DNA of 64,000 bases from Methanothrix sp. (GTDB lineage: Archaea; Halobacteriota; Methanosarcinia; Methanotrichales; Methanotrichaceae): NCBI GenBank assembly GCA_037128175.1, contig JBAXWY010000005.1, forward strand, positions 40,945 through 104,944. The letters run 5' to 3'. Both the position numbers and the translations under genes were made by a program. Of the stretch, positions 1 to 10,390 are shown one piece after another; position 1 is the first letter of the stretch; each line of letters begins with the position of its first letter. Below the pieces are notes generated by a model that was not told where the DNA came from, searched no databases, and saw only the letters and a program-made list of their open reading frames with translations.

Positions 1-584
1 TCATGCCCGGAGAGCCGGTAGATGCTGGACAGGACATCATCCGTCTCGCCCAGCAGGTCGGAAATCAGGACCACCAGGCTGGTCGTCTTGAGGAGCGACT
101 CCACCTGATCGGCAACGGCAAGCAGGCCCGTGCCACCGCGAGGCGTGATCCCATCCAGCAGAGCGATGGTTTGAAAGAGATTTCTTCTTCCCCGCTTGGG
201 CTCAGCCGGATAGAGCTTATTGCAGAAAAGCGATATGGCATACTTCTCATTTTCCATGGTGGCGAGATAGGCAAAGCCGACTGCTAGGCGCGCCGCATAT
301 CCGAACTTTCCCTCGTAATCCATGCTGGCGCTGCCGTCTAAAAGGATGTGCACCACCAGGCTTCTCTCCTCCTCGTGCTCCCGGATGTAGAGCTTCTCAG
401 TTCGACCGTAGACCTTCCAGTCCACCAGCTTGAAGTCGTCTCCCTTGCGGTACTCTCGGTAGCCGACGGGGCTGATGCCGTGACCGAAGCGCAGGGACTT
501 TCTGCCTCCGCTGTAGGCGGTCGATACCCGCTTTTTTACGAGCAGGGAGAACTTCTCCAGCTCTTTGAAGAACTCTGTATCCAT
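1..584 (-). CDS. DUF58 family protein (MoxR partner), 3' end outside window
   Basis: Manual translation from ATG at 584: MDTEFFKELEKFSLLVKKRVSTAYSGGRKSLRFGHG..GYREYRKGDDFKLVDWKVYGRTEKLYIREHEEE..LLDGSASM. These are DUF58 motifs, and the gene lies directly downstream of MoxR. Missing from the ORF track because no stop lies in the window. Confidence 0.9.
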   Translation of the reverse strand, partial: MDTEFFKELEKFSLLVKKRVSTAYSGGRKSLRFGHGISPVGYREYRKGDDFKLVDWKVYGRTEKLYIREHEEERSLVVHILLDGSASMDYEGKFGYAARLAVGFAYLATMENEKYAISLFCNKLYPAEPKRGRRNLFQTIALLDGITPRGGTGLLAVADQVESLLKTTSLVVLISDLLGETDDVLSSIYRLSGH

Positions 585-604
585 GATTTGTCCTGAAGAT
601 TTTT

Positions 605-1561
605 TCAGAGTGACTGGCTCTTCAGAATGTCCGTTACCACCTGGTCGCGGGTGAGTCCTTTTCTCTCTGCCTCAAAGCCCAGGATGATTCTGTGCCTCAA
701 GACAGGGTAGGCCATGACATGTAGATCTTCTTTGGAGACATAATTTCTGCCCTGCAGGAAGGCCCTGGCCTTGGCGGAGAGGATGAGGCCGATGGTGGCC
801 CTGGGGCTGGCGCCGTACTGGACGCCTTCCCACTGGCGCGTGGCCAGCACGAGATTTACGACCGCAGTCTTCAGATCATCAGAGACGGGTATGTCGCGAC
901 ACAGCTGCTGCAGCGCTATCACTTCTTCCTTGCTGACCACCGGCTCCACGCTCGGCTCACCGCGAATGGTATAGCGCTCCAGGATCTCCAGCTCCTCTTT
1001 CTGAGAGGGATATTCCATGAAAATTTTAAGCAAGAATCGATCCAGTTGTGCTTCGGGCAGAGGGAAGGTGCCTTCCATCTCGATTGGGTTTTGCGTGGCC
1101 AGGATAAAGAAAGGCTTATCGAGAAGATAGGTCTTGTTTCCCACCGTTACCTGCTTTTCCTGCATGGCCTCCAAAAGAGCGCTCTGCGTCTTGGGAGAGG
1201 CCCGGTTGATCTCATCCGCCAGGACGATATTGGAGAAGACGGGCCCCGCCTCGAAGCGGAACTTTTTGCCTTTATCGATCTCTTCGATAATGGTGGTGCC
1301 GGTGATGTCGGCAGGCATAAGGTCCGGAGTGCATTGAATCCGGCTGTAATCAAGGCCCAGGCAGGAGGCTGTGGTCTTCACCAGCAGTGTTTTTGCCAGC
1401 CCGGGATTGCTCTCCAGGAGGGCATGGCCTCCGGCCAGGATGGCAATCAGGAGCTGCTCGATGGCCACATTCTGGCCGACTATGACTTTGTCGATCTCGC
1501 GCCGGAGCCTTTTGAAGATCTCCGGTGCCCGGCTATAGACTGCTTTCTGATCCTCCGACAT
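605..1561 (-). CDS. moxR: MoxR family AAA+ ATPase
   Basis: ESNPGLAKT Walker A, IQCTPDLMPADITG, LADEINRASPKTQSALLEAMQE, ATQNPIE..GTFPLPEAQLDRF. Confidence 0.95.
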   Translation of the reverse strand: MSEDQKAVYSRAPEIFKRLRREIDKVIVGQNVAIEQLLIAILAGGHALLESNPGLAKTLLVKTTASCLGLDYSRIQCTPDLMPADITGTTIIEEIDKGKKFRFEAGPVFSNIVLADEINRASPKTQSALLEAMQEKQVTVGNKTYLLDKPFFILATQNPIEMEGTFPLPEAQLDRFLLKIFMEYPSQKEELEILERYTIRGEPSVEPVVSKEEVIALQQLCRDIPVSDDLKTAVVNLVLATRQWEGVQYGASPRATIGLILSAKARAFLQGRNYVSKEDLHVMAYPVLRHRIILGFEAERKGLTRDQVVTDILKSQSL

Positions 1562-1615
1562 TATTCTCTCCTTCTCTCAGCTTGATAATAAAACCCTGGC
1601 GGTTTACGAAATAAT

Positions 1616-1657
1616 ACCACAGAGGCACAGAGCGCACAGAGGACGAACGAACGGAGA
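1616..1657 (+). repeat. Dispersed CACAGAG-rich repeat (copy 1; similar to 37869-37910)
   Basis: accacagaggcacagagcgcacagaggacgaacgaacggaga vs accgcagagacgcagagcgcgcggaggacgaacgaacggaga. Confidence 0.8.
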
Positions 1658-2025
1658 TATTATAAAATAGAAATATACTTTGATATTATTTTTCAATAAT
1701 CTCTGATGGGAATGCTGATCGTCTCTGTGAACTGTTGTGCTTTCCATGGTTAATAATAGTAGCCGAGACCGCCTGGAAATTGAGAGGGAAATGATATATT
1801 GACTGGGCAATGGTTTTGCACCTATACTGCCTGAAAAGGAAGACTTTAGGTCCAGAATCAATTATTATAATTATCAATATATTTATTTGGAACGGTCTAG
1901 ATTTTCATGCATGTATGGGAGCTAGAGTGATACCTGCAAGGTTGTCTTGGGTGCGACGTCCATAACTCGGTTTCATTCTCCTTGATATTGATGACAAATT
2001 TTTTGTAGTTAAAGCCGCAATTACT

Positions 2026-3624
2026 TTGGACAGGAGGATTACTGAGCTGGCATTAGCTTGGGTTCTTATAGCGCTACTATTACTGGTTCCGATATCTCAA
2101 GGATCAGATGATTCTCTGAAGCCAATTCTAGCTAGCGATATTCTGAATGAAATTCAAAAAGGCGAGCCCGTAGAATATGATCACTGCATCATTAAGGGCG
2201 ATCTTAGCCTGTCTCAATATTTGATGAGCTCAAATAAATCATATCTGCCGAAGAAGCATGTCGAGCTACCTACAATTGCTTTTAGCGCGCCAGAGATTTC
2301 ATTCGAACTTTATAACGAGTCACTAGATGCAACGCTCATCGCATCTTCTATAAAAATTAGAGATTCTGTGATTGAAGGATATGTAGATTTAGGAAGATCA
2401 ATATTCTTAAACTCAGTAGACTTCCAGAACACGCAATTCCGGAATGCCGCCTCCTTTAAACGTTCTTGGTTTTATGGAGATGTAAATTTTGGAGGTTCTA
2501 AGTTCTTTTCAAAGACCTCTTTTTTCAGGTGCATGTTCGAAGGAAACGCAATCTTTTATGGTGCCTGGTTTGAGGGTGATACCATTTTCGAGGGATCTCA
2601 GTTTAACAATCCTAAAACATACCACACAACTTTCAGTGTTTGCCAATTCAAGGGAGATGTCGATTTCATGGCATCTCAATTTGAAGGATTACCTGACTTT
2701 AGTGGCTGTCAGTTCAATGAAGACTCAGATTTTAGTGGGTCTTGGTTTAATAATGGGGTTTACTTTAAAAAATCTAAATTCAATGGTATGACGAGGTTTA
2801 GTGGAGCCAATTTCAACAACAGCGCTGATTTTAAAGAGTCGACTTTCAATGGAAATGCCATCTTTTCAGGGTCCCGATTCAACCAAATCGCCAATTTCCG
2901 TGATTCTCAATGGTACAAAGAAGTCACCTTCAATGACGCCATTTTTGAGCGGAATACAAGCTTCAATAACAGTAATTTCAATGGAGATGCGCTTTTTCTG
3001 AATACAACGTTCATGCAAATGCTCGATTTAACAAGAGCTAAATATAATAGATTATATATTAGGTGGGCAAGTATAAACAACAAATTGAATTACGACGACA
3101 CCACATATCTATCGTTGATAAAGAACCTTAAAAGCCTAGGTTATTATGAAGATGCGGATAACAGTTATCTCGAATACAGAATAGAGCGCAGAAGCCATCC
3201 TTGGAACATACCAGGCGAAAGATTAATGAAAACCATCGATTGGCTTTCCGAGTGGTCTTATGGATATGGTGTAAGGCCGATGAATCCCCTGATAATCTCG
3301 TTAGTACTCATTGGGATTTTCGGACTTTACTGGAGATCAAAAGGGATAGGACACGATGATGATGTTTCCGAAGCTAAAGGCCAATTCGCATTTGTATCGA
3401 TTGTTGTGCAGAAGATATTTGATGCATTGGAGCCGTTCATATTTAGCTTCGGAGTTTACATATCAGGTACTGCATTCTTCCGAGAATCTCCGGACCTTCC
3501 GGAGCAATTAAATAGACCTAAATCATGGACAAAGCGTGTTTACAATCTGGAAAGATTTTTGGGCGGGATTTTAATGGCTTTGTTCTTGATCGCACTCAGT
3601 AGCACGATAATCAAGACGGCTTAG
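2026..3624 (+). CDS. Pentapeptide-repeat membrane protein (signal peptide, A-x-F-x-x repeats, C-terminal TM region)
   Basis: Hydrophobic N-terminus, long FxxxxF pentapeptide run (e.g. ADFKESTFNGNAIFSGSRF), YGYG..P followed by TM helices. Confidence 0.85.
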   Translation: MDRRITELALAWVLIALLLLVPISQGSDDSLKPILASDILNEIQKGEPVEYDHCIIKGDLSLSQYLMSSNKSYLPKKHVELPTIAFSAPEISFELYNESLDATLIASSIKIRDSVIEGYVDLGRSIFLNSVDFQNTQFRNAASFKRSWFYGDVNFGGSKFFSKTSFFRCMFEGNAIFYGAWFEGDTIFEGSQFNNPKTYHTTFSVCQFKGDVDFMASQFEGLPDFSGCQFNEDSDFSGSWFNNGVYFKKSKFNGMTRFSGANFNNSADFKESTFNGNAIFSGSRFNQIANFRDSQWYKEVTFNDAIFERNTSFNNSNFNGDALFLNTTFMQMLDLTRAKYNRLYIRWASINNKLNYDDTTYLSLIKNLKSLGYYEDADNSYLEYRIERRSHPWNIPGERLMKTIDWLSEWSYGYGVRPMNPLIISLVLIGIFGLYWRSKGIGHDDDVSEAKGQFAFVSIVVQKIFDALEPFIFSFGVYISGTAFFRESPDLPEQLNRPKSWTKRVYNLERFLGGILMALFLIALSSTIIKTA

Positions 3625-3733
3625 GCGAAACACAGCTGTGCTCTCGCGCAGCGACCTACCAGGTATTACATTTAAAAAATAATCCGTCATATGCCTATGC
3701 ATCACCAGGAGCGAAACCCAGCCCCCAAGCACG

Positions 3734-5245
3734 TTATTTTTCCCCCAGCATTCTCCTCAGCTCGGCCACATTCGCTTTGATCTGGTCTTCCAGTGCCTCT
3801 ATCTTGTCCAGAATCACTTTTGGCTTCTCGTACTCTACCTCTTGGTACTCGATCTCTCTGTACTTCGAAATAGAAAGGTCGTAGCCGTTCTCTTTGATCT
3901 CGCTGTAGGGCACGAAAAAGCACTTGCCCTTCCTGTCCGTGGGGCTCTCCTCGCGCCTCTTTTTGTACCGCTCGATGATATCCGGAATGTCGCCCTTTCC
4001 GTCGATGAAGTTCCTCTTGTCGTCTAAAGAGTAGCCGTCTTTCTCCATTTTGTAGAACCAGACCCGCTCCGTCCTGCCGCCCTTGGTGAAGATCAAGACC
4101 GCCGTGGACACGCCTGCATAAGGCCGGAAGACTCCGGATGGCATGGAAACAATGCCTTCCAGCTGGCACTTTTCCAGCAGGAGTTGTCGCAGTTGCTTGT
4201 GGGCCTTGGAGCTTCCGAAAAGCACGCCGTCGGGCACAATCACGCCGCACCTGCCGCCGTTCTGAAGGAGCTGCGTCATTCTCAGCACAAAGAGAAGTTC
4301 GGTCTTCTTCGTACCCAGTGTTGCTAGACGATCGTTTATGTCGTTTTCGTCGATGCTGCCTGTAAAGGGCGGATTAGCTAGGACCACAGTATATTTTTCT
4401 GACTCGGTGAAACCCTTGGAGAGGGTGTCCACCTGCCGAATCCTGGGACCGCGTATGCCGTGCAGCATCATGTTCATGAGTGATATCCTGACCATTGTGG
4501 AGTCAAAGTCAAAGCCGTAAAATGTCTCATTCCATAGCAGGTCCCAGTGTCTTTTCTCCACTATTCGGTCTCCGGTTAGATTATGGAAAGCGCCCTCCTC
4601 GTCCTGCTCAATTGCGTCCGAGCTGGTATATCTGCGGAGGATGTGATCGTAGGCGTTGACCAGGAAGCCAGCCGTGCCGCAGGCCGGATCGCAGATGCGA
4701 TCGCCAATATCAGGATCGACCAATGCTACTATCATTCTTATTATGTGCCTGGGCGTCCTGAACTGGCCATTCTTGCCCGCGCTCTTAAGCTCGCTCAGCA
4801 GGTACTCGTAGATGTCTCCTTGCGTGTCTCTATTCTGGGCGGTTATGTCCAGGTCGTCGATGATGGCCACTGCCTCCTGGAGGAGCGAAGGCTTGGGGAT
4901 GATGAAGACTGCATCCTTCATCTGCTCTGAAAATAGGGTCTGGTCACCATCATGCAGTTCCTTGATGAAGGGAAAAACCACATCCCGGACGTGGCTTAGC
5001 ATCTTCTCCGCCCGGTAGTTCTTCCAGTTGGACCAGCGGCAGTCTTCGTGACCCTCGAAGGCGGAGTTGTAAGGATGTCCCTGGGCCTGGGCGCGCTTGC
5101 GCTCGATCGCGTCCATGTCCTCCAACCGTTTCATGAAGATGAGGTAAGACATCTGCTCGATGGAGGATATGGGATTGGAAAGGCCGCCAGCCCAGAACCT
5201 ATCCCAGAGGGAGTCGATCTTAGATTTCAATTCATGGGCAAGCAT
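3734..5245 (-). CDS. hsdM: Type I RM methyltransferase subunit M
   Basis: GQFRTPRHII, DPACGTAGFL (motif I), LANPPF (motif IV), HsdM N-terminal domain. Confidence 0.95.
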   Translation of the reverse strand: MLAHELKSKIDSLWDRFWAGGLSNPISSIEQMSYLIFMKRLEDMDAIERKRAQAQGHPYNSAFEGHEDCRWSNWKNYRAEKMLSHVRDVVFPFIKELHDGDQTLFSEQMKDAVFIIPKPSLLQEAVAIIDDLDITAQNRDTQGDIYEYLLSELKSAGKNGQFRTPRHIIRMIVALVDPDIGDRICDPACGTAGFLVNAYDHILRRYTSSDAIEQDEEGAFHNLTGDRIVEKRHWDLLWNETFYGFDFDSTMVRISLMNMMLHGIRGPRIRQVDTLSKGFTESEKYTVVLANPPFTGSIDENDINDRLATLGTKKTELLFVLRMTQLLQNGGRCGVIVPDGVLFGSSKAHKQLRQLLLEKCQLEGIVSMPSGVFRPYAGVSTAVLIFTKGGRTERVWFYKMEKDGYSLDDKRNFIDGKGDIPDIIERYKKRREESPTDRKGKCFFVPYSEIKENGYDLSISKYREIEYQEVEYEKPKVILDKIEALEDQIKANVAELRRMLGEK

Positions 5246-5281
5246 CCAGGATAGACCTCCTCATAATTATTAATTATCGTT

Positions 5282-6190
5282 TTAGATAAATAGTCTAAAT
5301 AAATCATTTTCTGTCTCCTCAGAGATTTTAGCATATCTTCCATATAGGATCGCATCATGATCCTGAATAATGAAAGCTGAATAAGCAATGGCAAGAGAAA
5401 AAGCAAGTAATGCATCGGACTTATTAAGATCTCTAATTGGCGGTTCATATGAGCCAATATGTCTAACGTTTGGATGCTTGTTGGTAAATTCATAATATTT
5501 TTCGAGCGATTCTTTGGCAAGATTGGATGGAAAAATCGTTCCAGATTTATCTAGTGCTTTTCCCAACGTGTTTTCCTTAGTTCTTTCATAAAGAAAATGT
5601 TCAATTAATTTTATAGAATCCTCAATGCAATAGATTTCCTCATAAGATGAATCAATTTTATTTATATGATGCTCCAACATCTTAATACAATCAATTCTCG
5701 ATTGAGAACCCGTGATTTCAGCAAAATGCTTTATATAATTCATCTGAGTCCAAAGCAAACCTTCCAAGGAAAGAGTCAATTTGCAGGGTGGAAATAGTCG
5801 ATACCGTATATTATATTTTGCTAAAAAATATTTTAGATATTCTACATATTCCTCTGCCAATACCTCATTATTTTCTAAGATATAATTATAATATCCTTCG
5901 AAAATGTTTATCGTATCTTCTTCTGTTGGAGGAATTGGGGCATTATAAAATCCACTTCTTGCACTACTTATATCGTTAGCAGCGCTTTGCAGGTCTGAAA
6001 AAATTTTCTTGTGATTTATTAGATCTTCTTCTGTTCTCCCTTCTTCCTTAAAATAATAATCTTCTAAATTAATTAGGTAAGTAGTCAGGAGTACGCAATA
6101 TAGATCGTCTATTGCATTCTTGGATTCTTCTAATTTAGCTGCAATCTCATTGTTAATAATATGCCAATTATGCAATAAAAACATGCTCAT
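5282..6190 (-). CDS. AT-rich hypothetical protein embedded in the type I RM operon; AbiJ/HEPN-like C-terminus
   Basis: 302 aa ORF whose start overlaps the hsdS stop (ATGA). The C-terminal TLGKAL...LEKYYEFTNKHPNVRH resembles the LYGxxxxxxxIRH motif of AbiJ-related proteins. Confidence 0.6.
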   Translation of the reverse strand: MSMFLLHNWHIINNEIAAKLEESKNAIDDLYCVLLTTYLINLEDYYFKEEGRTEEDLINHKKIFSDLQSAANDISSARSGFYNAPIPPTEEDTINIFEGYYNYILENNEVLAEEYVEYLKYFLAKYNIRYRLFPPCKLTLSLEGLLWTQMNYIKHFAEITGSQSRIDCIKMLEHHINKIDSSYEEIYCIEDSIKLIEHFLYERTKENTLGKALDKSGTIFPSNLAKESLEKYYEFTNKHPNVRHIGSYEPPIRDLNKSDALLAFSLAIAYSAFIIQDHDAILYGRYAKISEETENDLFRLFI

Positions 6191-7383
6191 AGTACCAAAT
6201 CTCCTACAAATGCTTTTTGCATAAGAGATGCAAGAAGATCCTCGATTTGTGGATTTGACAGCGCTTGAAGATTTCTTATTTCTTCTACTTGATTGACCTT
6301 TTCCGAAAATTGATTCTGTAGTTCGATTTCAGGCAGGGGAAATTTGATTGACTTAAAAGTGCTAAGATTTATTTTTTGCTGTGCCGCACCTTTTGTGCTC
6401 CTAATAACTTGATTTCTAACATAATCTGTCCTAAAAACCCATAGGATGTAGGAAGCATTTGCTATTCTGGGATTCAATGTAAGCTTGATGCAATCCGCAG
6501 TAATTATGCCAGGCTGAGAATTCTCGGGATATAAAGCAACGTCACCTGGAGGGTCACCCATTTTTGTCATTAAGATGTCCCTTGGATTTACTCGATGAGA
6601 TTTAAGTTCCTCGCCTTTTGATTCATCAATAAATCGGATACCATTTCCTCGAAATTTATTCTCCCTTATATTTTTTACAAATATTAAAGGAACACCATGA
6701 CTTCTATAATCCTTTGCCATTAGGTCGCTTCCAAAGGGGCCTATTGTTATTGCATTCTTATCATCTGATGCGATATCTGTAGGTGTAACCATCTTCCATC
6801 CTTTGATATTTTGCATTGGGTCCCCAAACATTTCTACGAATATGCTAAATGGAAGCTTTTCCGCCAACTCATCCGCCTGGGCTCGTAGCCTCCTGGTCTC
6901 CTCGGCTTTATCGAGAATGGCCACGATACGGCGCTGAGTTTCACGGGGCGGCAATGGAATTTGAATGTCCTTCATTTGCTTCGCTGAAAGATGTTTGACG
7001 GTGACTTGTGGAGTTTTATCTTCTATTTGTTTTAGAATTTTAACTAGTGCTCGATAAGCAAAATCAGGTATTATTTCAGTAGAGCTAAACTCAAGTTTGC
7101 ATATCCTTTGATTGAGAAGTGCCTTTCCGCCATTCCATTTAACAATATTGAATTCACCATCCATCCCTACAAGGATTTCGTCATTATTTACGATATAATT
7201 CTCATCATAATACCCATCATAATACATTTCCGTGGCGCACGAAATTAAATTTCGAATGCGAATAATTGGCAAACCATTTCCATCTGAGTTAAATTTCGAT
7301 GATTCAAAGGGGCATCCGTAGACGAATTTCGCCAAATCCTCCAATTTTCTCCATCTCCACCCCACCGGCAACTTCCCCTCCAT
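6187..7383 (-). CDS. hsdS: Type I RM specificity subunit S
   Basis: LPVGWRWRKL, two TRDs, conserved IPLPPRETQRRIV and FPLPEIELQNQF spacers. Confidence 0.95.
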   Translation of the reverse strand: MEGKLPVGWRWRKLEDLAKFVYGCPFESSKFNSDGNGLPIIRIRNLISCATEMYYDGYYDENYIVNNDEILVGMDGEFNIVKWNGGKALLNQRICKLEFSSTEIIPDFAYRALVKILKQIEDKTPQVTVKHLSAKQMKDIQIPLPPRETQRRIVAILDKAEETRRLRAQADELAEKLPFSIFVEMFGDPMQNIKGWKMVTPTDIASDDKNAITIGPFGSDLMAKDYRSHGVPLIFVKNIRENKFRGNGIRFIDESKGEELKSHRVNPRDILMTKMGDPPGDVALYPENSQPGIITADCIKLTLNPRIANASYILWVFRTDYVRNQVIRSTKGAAQQKINLSTFKSIKFPLPEIELQNQFSEKVNQVEEIRNLQALSNPQIEDLLASLMQKAFVGDLVL

Positions 7384-7386
7384 CCC

Positions 7387-10248
7387 TCACGCCTCCGCAA
7401 ACAGTTCTTTCTCTAGCGAGCCGCAGATCTTGATAAAGCTTTTCAGCTCATCCTCAGAGAACATGGGCATGGGCGCTTTGGCCCCGAAGTTGATGAAGGG
7501 CGCATCGAATAGGTCTCCAAAGTCCAGGTGCTTCTTCTTGGCAAAGACGGATCGAATAGCCCGGATGAAGTTGAGTTGATCCGCCGTATAATTCCGGTTG
7601 TTCTCGATGATGTAGGTCTGGAAGGCGTCCCAGATTCGCTCCTCCGGCTGGGGAAACTCGTAGAGCCCAAGCACCTTCTTGATGAACTGCACCAGCGTCC
7701 CGGCCCGCTGCCGGTAGGTCTTTTGCAGTGTTTCCTCGCTGATGAAAAGCTCCGGGCTGTTTAGCGTCTCCTCTAACCTTCGCAGATCCTGCTCATCCAG
7801 CTCCTCGCCCTGCTTGATCTTCTTCAAAGCCGGATGCTCCTCTGCCAGCTTCTTGATCTTCTCCTCCACCTTCTCTTTGTAAACGGAGACGTAAACCTCC
7901 TGGCAGTCCGGCCCGAAGACGATCGTCTCCCGGCTCTGGATGAGGTCCTCCATGTCGATTATGATCGTTTTGCGCGGCTCTTTGGACATGTACTTCATGA
8001 GGCCCGACAGCTCACTGATGAGCATCTGCGCGTCATCAAAGCTCATATTCTGCCAGAACTCCTCCGACAGCGCGCGCTGCATGAAGGCCTCTTTGGGCCG
8101 GACCAAATCCAGATTGGTGGGCAGGCACTCAATCATCTCCCCAATCTCCGGCTTGAGCTTCTCAATCTCCTCCCCGTCAGCCGTCAGGATGGCCAGGCCC
8201 AGCCGCTCGCAGCGCAAAGTGAAAGAAGCCTCATTCAGGTTCACATCCGGCTTGAACTTCATGAGCGGCGTGATCCTCTCCTTCAGGAACTTCACCGGAT
8301 CAAGGCCCACGCTCTCCCAAAGCCGGGGCGAGAGCGCTTTTTCCACCTCGCGCAGGCTCTCCCGCACACTCACCGAGTCCTTGGGCAGGGATTTGATGTC
8401 TTCCAGAACCTTTGACCTGACAGCCTGCACGCCAACCTCAGCGCCGCTCTTGCGGAAGTGGTCAAGCTGCTTGAGCCTGACCATGAAGATGCGGTTGGTT
8501 ATGGCCTCCTGGCTCTGCTGAATGTCTCCATCCGGGTGCAGATCCCAGAATTCGAAGTTGCGCCAGAAGTCGAAGACCTTAAAATACTCCTTTTTCCCGT
8601 TGGGCAGCCAGTCGCGATGCTTGCAGGTTTGATCCGCGCGGGTGCCACGCCCCAGCATCTGCCAGAACTTGATCTTGGAGAGCACCGGCTTGGCAAAGAC
8701 CAGATTGCAGACCTCAGGAACATCGATGCCCGTGTCCAGCATATCCACGGAGATGGCCACCCTCGGCCACTCCTCCTCTTTGAAAGCCTTAATCAGCTGA
8801 TCTGCCCGCGAGTTAGCGGATACTATTATCCTCGCCAGCAGTCCTTTGTACTCGGGATAAAGCTTCTCGAAAGCCTCCCAAAGCCTCTTGGCATGTTTTT
8901 GAGAGACCGCAAAGAAGATGGTCTTAGCAGGATGATTGCCGGACCTGTCCATCTGGCAGCTATCCATGAACTCCCTGACGATGGCCTCGCTCGTCCCCGT
9001 GACTGCAATCTTCTTCTCCAGCTGTGTTCCCTCGAAATTGATATCGTCCGGATCAATGCCTGCTTCCGCAAGCCTCGTAAACTCTCCTGATGTCAAATCC
9101 TCAGGCTTGATGCCTTGAATCTGAAAATGAGTCTGCGCGCCCAGGATGTTCCTCCGAAAATCGCAAAGAACGCCCTCCTTGACCGCCTCCTCGTAATCGT
9201 AAAGAGCCGTTGGCGCTCCATCCAGGCAATTAAAGAACCTGAAGGTGTCCCTGTCCAAAAGATCAGATGGCGTGGCTGTGAGCCCAATCTGAATGGCATC
9301 CAGATAGGTGAAAACATCCCGCCACTTATTGTAAATGGAACGGTGCGCCTCGTCTGAGATTATCACATCGAACTCGGCAGGCGAGATCATGTACTTGCCA
9401 GAGCTGTCCTTCTTGTTGTAGATCTCCTGGAAGGTCTGAATGGTGGAGACGTACAGCCTGGCGGTCTTATCGAAATTACCGGACAGAATCTTGGACTTGG
9501 ATTCTTCCGGGAGGAATTTCTTGAATCCATCGTCGCTCGCCTGATCCCGGAGCGCTCTTCGATCCGCCAGGAAAAGAACCTTCTGCGCCCGGTTGGTCCT
9601 CAAGAGCACATCGATAATGGCCATCGCCACTCTGGTCTTTCCCGTGCCCGTGGCCATGACCACCAGGGCTTTACGATTTCCTCTTTGAATATGCTCAATT
9701 ACCCGCTTGGTTATCTCAATGCTCTTGGGACGATCAACGATCTTGCTGTTAACCTCGACGTTATTGAGTTCCAATCCCATTTCAACCTGAAAGCGGAGAC
9801 GCTCCAGGTTTTTCAGAGAGAAGAAACCCTTTACCAGTCTGGGACCATAACGTGCTCTATCCCAGAACCACATCTCATATCCGTTAGAAAGAAAGATAAA
9901 AACGTCTTTTCCCGTCTGTGATTTTATGTCATCCGCATATTCTTCAGCTTGCTTTCGGCCCAAGATGGGATCTCTTAATGTGCGCTTTGCCTCCACAACT
10001 GCAATCGGTGCGCCCATACTGTCAAGAAGAAGATAATCTGCATATTTGCTATCCAGGTCATTCCTCAAAGTCTCAGAGATTTCTTTGTAATTTTGAGCGC
10101 GAAAATCAGATTGCTTTGTGTCAACCTCAAGAATTACCTTGGATCTGTCACCAACATTCCAGCCCTGCTCTCTGAGAAGAACGTCGATCTTCTGTTTTCG
10201 AGTCTCGAACTCGTTTAGGTCCCTCCCAGAGTTGGCAATAGGCGGCAT
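7387..10248 (-). CDS. hsdR: Type I RM restriction subunit R (EcoEI/EcoAI-like)
   Basis: ADYLL..VVEAK nuclease motif, MATGTGKT, DEAH, VDMLDTGIDVP, QMLGRGTR, EcoEI_R_C-like tail. Confidence 0.95.
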   Translation of the reverse strand: MPPIANSGRDLNEFETRKQKIDVLLREQGWNVGDRSKVILEVDTKQSDFRAQNYKEISETLRNDLDSKYADYLLLDSMGAPIAVVEAKRTLRDPILGRKQAEEYADDIKSQTGKDVFIFLSNGYEMWFWDRARYGPRLVKGFFSLKNLERLRFQVEMGLELNNVEVNSKIVDRPKSIEITKRVIEHIQRGNRKALVVMATGTGKTRVAMAIIDVLLRTNRAQKVLFLADRRALRDQASDDGFKKFLPEESKSKILSGNFDKTARLYVSTIQTFQEIYNKKDSSGKYMISPAEFDVIISDEAHRSIYNKWRDVFTYLDAIQIGLTATPSDLLDRDTFRFFNCLDGAPTALYDYEEAVKEGVLCDFRRNILGAQTHFQIQGIKPEDLTSGEFTRLAEAGIDPDDINFEGTQLEKKIAVTGTSEAIVREFMDSCQMDRSGNHPAKTIFFAVSQKHAKRLWEAFEKLYPEYKGLLARIIVSANSRADQLIKAFKEEEWPRVAISVDMLDTGIDVPEVCNLVFAKPVLSKIKFWQMLGRGTRADQTCKHRDWLPNGKKEYFKVFDFWRNFEFWDLHPDGDIQQSQEAITNRIFMVRLKQLDHFRKSGAEVGVQAVRSKVLEDIKSLPKDSVSVRESLREVEKALSPRLWESVGLDPVKFLKERITPLMKFKPDVNLNEASFTLRCERLGLAILTADGEEIEKLKPEIGEMIECLPTNLDLVRPKEAFMQRALSEEFWQNMSFDDAQMLISELSGLMKYMSKEPRKTIIIDMEDLIQSRETIVFGPDCQEVYVSVYKEKVEEKIKKLAEEHPALKKIKQGEELDEQDLRRLEETLNSPELFISEETLQKTYRQRAGTLVQFIKKVLGLYEFPQPEERIWDAFQTYIIENNRNYTADQLNFIRAIRSVFAKKKHLDFGDLFDAPFINFGAKAPMPMFSEDELKSFIKICGSLEKELFAEA

Positions 10249-10390
10249 CAGTTATTTAGCTATGGCACATAATATATTTAAGATTAACTTAATAAAATTA
10301 ATTTATAAGACGAAAAACAATTTTTGTTTGTTAAATGTCTGATCCTAGCAAATGATTTTTTATAGGAAGATTTGCAGTATTTATTTTTAA

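Noticed and set aside
3-596. Short ORFs listed in the track (3-287, 65-274, 348-596)
   Set aside because: Shadows of the minus-strand DUF58 gene starting at 584.
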